In this document: piece by piece, positions 58,301-64,000 of the stretch | How positions within the stretch are numbered: the stretch's first letter is position 1 | Layout of the letters: every line of letters starts with the position of its first letter | Assembly (NCBI GenBank): GCA_040954595.2 | Contig: CM082580.2 | Coordinates: 362,783-426,782, forward strand | DNA: 64,000 nt | Reading direction: 5' to 3' | Origin: Balanoglossus misakiensis | Taxonomy: Eukaryota; Animalia; Hemichordata | Made by a program: the position numbers and the translations under genes | Notes under the pieces: model-generated | Database searches by the model: none | What the model saw: the letters and a program-made list of their open reading frames with translations, nothing else | Told to the model about the DNA's origin: nothing

Positions 58301-61300
58301 TTTTCAAAAATTTACGAAATTTTGAGATTTTGCAAAGTCGAAAATTTGTCATTTTTTGATGATTTTCACCCATGTTTTTTTTTCAAAAATCGACGAAATT
58401 TTGAGATTTTGCAAATTCGAAAATTTGTAATTTTTTGATGATTTTCACCCATGTTTTTTTTCAAAAATCAACGAACCCATGATTTTTTTTCAAAAATCGA
58501 CAAAATTTTGAGATTTTGCAAAGTCGAAAATTTGTCATTTTTTGATGATTTTCACCCATGATTTTTTTCAAAACTCGACGAAATTTTGAGATTTTGCAAA
58601 GACGAAAATTTGTAATTTTTTGATGATTTTCACCCATGACTTTTTTTCAAAAATTTACGAAATTTTGAGATTTTGCAAAGTCGAAAATTTGTCATTTTTT
58701 GATGATTTTCACCCATGTTTTTTTTTCAAAAATCGACGAAATTTTGAGATTTTGCAAATTCGAAAATTTGTACTTTTTTGATGATTTTCACCCATGTTTT
58801 TTTTCAAAAATCAACGAACCCATGATTTTTTTTCAAAAATCGACAAAATTTTGAGATTTTGCAAAGTCGAAAATTTGTCATTTTTTGATGATTTTCACCC
58901 ATGATTTTTCTCAAAAATCGACGAAATTTTGAGATTTTGCAAAGTCGAAAATTTGTCATTTTTTGATGATTTTCACCCATGATTTTTTTTCAAAAATCGA
59001 CGAAATTTTGAGATTTTGCAAAGTCGAAAATTTGTCATTTATTAATGATTTTCACCCATGATTTTTTTTCAAAAATCGACAAAATTTTGAGATTTTGCAA
59101 AGTCGAAAATTTGTCATTTTTTGATGATTTTCACCCATGATTTTTTTCAAAACTCGACGAAATTTTGAGATTTTGCAAAGTCGAAAATTTGTCATTTTTT
59201 GATGATTTTTACCCAATGTTTTTTTTCAAAATCGACGAAATTTTGAGATTTTGCAAAGTCGAAAATGTGTCATTTTTTGATGATTTTTACCCATGATTTT
59301 TTTTCAAAAATCGACGAAATTTTTAGATTTTGCAAAGTCGAAAATGTGTCATTTTTTGATGATTTTCACCCATGATTTTTTTTCAAAAATCGACGAAATT
59401 TTAAGATTTTGCAAAGTCGAAAATTTGTCATTTTTTGATGATTTTCACCCATGTTTTTTTTTTAAAAATCGACGAACCTATGATTTTTTTCAAAATCGAC
59501 GAAATTGTGTGATTTTGCAAAGTCGAAAATTTTGTCATTTTTTGATGATTTTCAACCATGATTTTTTTTCAAAAATCGACGAAATTTTGAGATTTTGCAC
59601 AGTCGAAAATTTGTCATTTTTTGATGATTTTCACCCATGATTTTTTTCAAAAATCGACGAAATGTTGAGATTTTGCAAAGTCGAAAATTTGTCATTTTTT
59701 GATGATTTTCTCCCATGATTTTTTTCAAAAATCGACAAAATTGTGAGATTTTGCAAAGTCGAAAATTTGTCATTTTTTGATGATTTTCACCCATGTTTTT
59801 TTTTTAAAATCGACGAACCTATGATTTTTTTCAAAATCGACGAAATTTTGAGATTTTGCAAAGTCGAAAATTTGTCATTTTTTGATGATTTTCACCCATG
59901 ATTTTTTTCAAAAATCGACGAAATGTTGAGATTTTGCAAAGTCGAAAATTTGTAATTTTTTGATGATTTTCCCCCAATGGTTTTTTTTCAAAATCGACGA
60001 AATTTTGAGATTTTGCAAAGTCGAAAATTTGTCATTTTTTGATGATTTTCCCCCAATGGTTTTTTTCAAAATCGACGAAATTTTGAGATTTTGCAAAGTC
60101 GAAAATTTGTCATTTTTTGATGATTTTCCCCCATGTTTTTTTTTTAAAATGGACGAAATTTTGAGATTTTGCAAAGTCGAAAATTTGTCATTTTTTGATG
60201 ATTTTCACCCATGATTTTTTTCAAAAATCGACGAAATTGTGAGATTTTGCAAAGTCAAAAATTTGTCATTTTTTGATGATTTTCACCCATGTTTTTTTTA
60301 AAAAAAAACGACGAACCTATGATTTTTTTCAAAATCGACGAAATTTTGAGATTTTGCAAAGTCGAAAATTTGTCATTTTTTGATGATTTTCACCCATGAT
60401 TTTTTTCAAAAATCGACGAAATGTTGAGATTTTGCAAAGTCGAAAATTTGTCATTTTTTGATGATTTTCACCCATGATTTTTTTCAAAAATCGACGAAAT
60501 GTTGAGATTTTGCAAAGTCGAAAATTTGTCATTTTTTGATGATTTTCTCCCATGATTTTTTTTAAAAATCGACGAAATTGTGAGATTTTGCAAAGTCGAA
60601 AATTTGTCATTTTTTGATGATTTTCACCCATGTTTTTTTTTTTTAAATCGACGAACCTATGATTTTTTTCAAAATCGACGAAATTTTGAGATTTTGCAAA
60701 GTCGAAAATTTGTCATTTTTTGATGATTTTCTCCCATGATTTTTTTCAAAAATCGACAAAATTGTGAGATTTTGCAAAGTCGAAAATTTGTCATTTTTTG
60801 ATGATTTTCACCCATGTTTTTTTTTAAAATCGACGAACCTATGATTTTTTTCAAAATCGACGAAATTTTGAGATTTTGCAAAGTCGAAAATTTGTCATTT
60901 TTTGATTATTTTCACCCATGATTTTTTTCAAAAATCGACGAAATGTTGAGATTTTGCAAAGTCGAAAATTTGTAATTTTTTGATGATTTTCCCCCAATGG
61001 TTTTTTTTCAAAATCGACGAAATGTTGAGATTTTGCAAAGTCGAAAATTTGTAATTTTTTGATGATTTTCCCCCAATGGTTTTTTTTCAAAATCGACGAA
61101 ATTTTGAGATTTTGCAAAGTCGAAAATTTGTCATTTTTTGATGATTTTCCCCCAATGGTTTTTTTCAAAATCGACGAAATTTTGAGATTTTGCAAAGTCG
61201 AAAATTTGTCATTTTTTGATGATTTTCCCCCATGTTTTTTTTTTAAAATGGACGAAATTTTGAGATTTTGCAAAGTCGAAAATTTGTCATTTTTTGATGA

Positions 61301-64000
61301 TTTTCACCCATGATTTTTTTCAAAAATCGACGAAATTGTGAGATTTTGCAAAGTCAAAAATTTGTCATTTTTTGATGATTTTCACCCATGTTTTTTTTTT
61401 AAAAAAACGACGAACCTATGATTTTTTTCAAAATCGACGAAATTTTGAGATTTTGCAAAGTCGAAAATTTGTCATTTTTTGATGATTTTCACCCATGATT
61501 TTTTTCAAAAATCGACGAAATGTTGAGATTTTGCAAAGTCGAAAATTTGTCATTTTTTGATGATTTTCACCCATGATTTTTTTCAAAAATCGACGAAATG
61601 TTGAGATTTTGCAAAGTCGAAAATTTGTCATTTTTTGATGATTTTCTCCCATGATTTTTTTCAAAAATCGACGAAATTGTGAGATTTTGCAAAGTCGAAA
61701 ATTTGTCATTTTTTGATGATTTTCACCCATGTTTTTTTTTTTTAAATCGACGAACCTATGATTTTTTTCAAAATCGACGAAATTTTGAGATTTTGCAAAG
61801 TCGAAAATTTGTCATTTTTTGATGATTTTCACCCATGATTTTTTTCAAAAATCGACGAAATGTTGAGATTTTGCAAAGTCGATAATTTTGTCATTTTTTG
61901 ATAATTTTCAACCATATTATTTTTCAAAAACCGACGAAATTTTGAGATTTTGCATAGACGAAAATTTGTCATTTTTTGATGATTTTCACCCATGATTTTT
62001 TCAAAAATTGACGAAATTTTGAGATTTGCAAAGTCGAAAATTTGTCATTTTTTGATGATTTTCCCCCAATGGTTTTTTTCAAAATCGACGAAATTTTGAG
62101 ATTTTGCAAAGTCGAAAATTTGTCATTTTTTGATGATTTTCACCCATGTTTTTTTTTTAAAATGGACGAAATTTTGAGATTTTGCAAAGTCGAAAATTTG
62201 TCATTTTTTGATGATTTTCACCCATGATTTTTTTCAAAAATCGACGAAATTGTGAGATTTTGCAAAGTCAAAAATTTGTCATTTTTTGATGATTTTCACC
62301 CATGTTTTTTTTTAAAAAAAACGACGAACCTATGATTTTTTTCAAAATCGACGAAATTTTGAGATTTTGCAAAGTCGAAAATTTGTCATTTTTTGATGAT
62401 TTTCACCCATGATTTTTTTCAAAAATCGACGAAATGTTGAGATTTTGCAAAGTCGAAAATTTGTCATTTTTTGATGATTTTCACCCATGATTTTTTTCAA
62501 AAATCGACGAAATGTTGAGATTTTGCAAAGTCGAAAATTTGTCATTTTTTGATGATTTTCTCCCATGATTTTTTTCAAAAATCGACGAAATTGTGAGATT
62601 TTGCAAAGTCGAAAATTTGTCATTTTTTGATGATTTTCACCCATGTTTTTTTTTTTTAAATCGACGAACCTATGATTTTTTTCAAAATCGACGAAATTTT
62701 GAGATTTTGCAAAGTCGAAAATTTGTAATTTTTTGATGATTTTCACCCGTTTTTTTTCAAAATTGAACGAACCCATGATTTTTTTCAAAAATCGACGAAA
62801 TTTTGAGATTTTGCAAAGTCGAAAATTTGTCATTTTTTGATAATTTTTTCCTATGATTTTTCTCAAAAATCGACGAAATTTTGAGATTTTGCAAAGTCAA
62901 AAATTTGTCATTTTTTGATGATTTTCACCCATGATTTTTTTCAAAAATCGACGAAATTTAAGATTTTGCAAAGTCGAAAATTTGTCATTTTTTGATGATT
63001 TTCACCCATGATTTTTTTCAAAAATCGACAAAATTTTTAGATTTTGCAAAGTCGAAAATTTGTAATTTTTTGATGATTTTTACCCATGATTTTTTTTTCA
63101 AAAATCGACGAAATTTTGAGATTTTGCAAAGACGAAACTTTTTAATTTTTTGATGATTTTCACCCATGATTTTTTTTCAAAAATTTACGAAATTTTGAGA
63201 TTTTGCAAAGTCGAAAATTTGTCATTTTTTGATGATTTTCACCCATGATTTTTTTCAAAAATCGACGAAATTTTGAGATTTTGCAAAGTCGAAAATTTGT
63301 CATTTTTTGATGATTTTCACCCATGATTTTTTTCAAAAATCGACAAAATTTTTAGATTTTGCAAAGTCGAAAATTTGTAATTTTTTGATGATTTTTACCC
63401 ATGATTTTTTTTTTCAAAAATCGACGATTTTTTGAGATTTTGCAAAGACGAAACTTTTTAATTTTTTGATGATTTTCACCCATGACTTTTTTTCAAAAAT
63501 TTACGAAATTTTGAGATTTTGCAAAGTCGAAAATTTGTCATTTTTTGATGATTTTCACCCATGTTTTTTTTTTCAAACATCGACGAAATTTTGAGATTTT
63601 GCAAATTCGAAAATTTGTAATTTTTTGATGATTTTCACCCATGTTTTTTTTCAAAAATCAACGAACCCATGATTTTTTTTCAAAAATCGACAAAATTTTG
63701 AGATTTTGCAAAGTCGAAAATTAGTCATTTTTTGATGATTTTCACCCATGATTTTTTTCAAAAATCGACGAAATTTTTAGATTTTGCAAAGTCGACAATT
63801 TGTCATTTTTTGATGATTTTCACCATGATTTTTTTTTAAAAAATGACGAAATTTTGAGATTTTGCAAAGACGAAAATTTGTCATTTTTTGATGATTTTCA
63901 CCCATGATTTTTTTTCAAAAATGTACGAAATTTTGAGATTTTGCAAAGTCGAAAATTTGTAATTTTTTGATGATTTTCACCAATGTTTTTTTTTAAAAAT
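37319..64000. repeat. 78-bp satellite array with higher-order repeats (subfamily 2 at ~37400-59170 and ~62700-64000; subfamily 1 at ~59170-62700)
   Basis: Continuous monomers. ~579-bp HOR (aaactcgacg at ~37764, 38343, 38923), a 1099-bp duplication around 60-61.7 kb, and multi-kb duplicated variant haplotypes. Confidence 0.97.

Noticed and set aside
37576-62866. Many ORFs with MGENHQKMTNFRLCKISKFRRFLKKI repeats (also at 559-825 and 17563-19684)
   Set aside because: These are translations of the 78-bp (26-codon) satellite, constantly broken by homopolymer length changes. They are not genes.

Overview
Eukaryotic (animal, probably invertebrate) heterochromatic window that may be centromeric. About 30 kb is an AT-rich 78-bp tandem satellite, with ~28-bp truncated units, two variant subfamilies and higher-order structure. 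Two young transposon insertions interrupt it, and each restores the monomer when removed. (1) A full-length, apparently autonomous Helentron/Helitron2 (961-17473, +). It has subterminal inverted repeats, terminal hairpins, a microsatellite and a 239-bp tandem array. It encodes a ~2550-aa protein (herpes-tegument-type deubiquitinase, 21-aa basic repeat array, Zn finger, HUH Rep, Pif1 helicase, AP endonuclease) and a separate 4-exon RPA70-like ssDNA-binding gene that the ORF track misses. (2) A head-to-tail trimer of an Ngaro-type tyrosine-recombinase retrotransposon (19944-37318, -) with split direct repeats. All three units share a 734-bp internal duplication that splits one gag-pol ORF and creates an in-phase -1 slippery heptamer. 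The recombinase looks to be expressed by splicing to gag. The adjacent satellite shows a ~5.67-kb long-range period close to the 5.66-kb retroelement unit. The first 75 bp may be the end of a third insertion. All identifications come from reading motifs by eye; no database searches were run.
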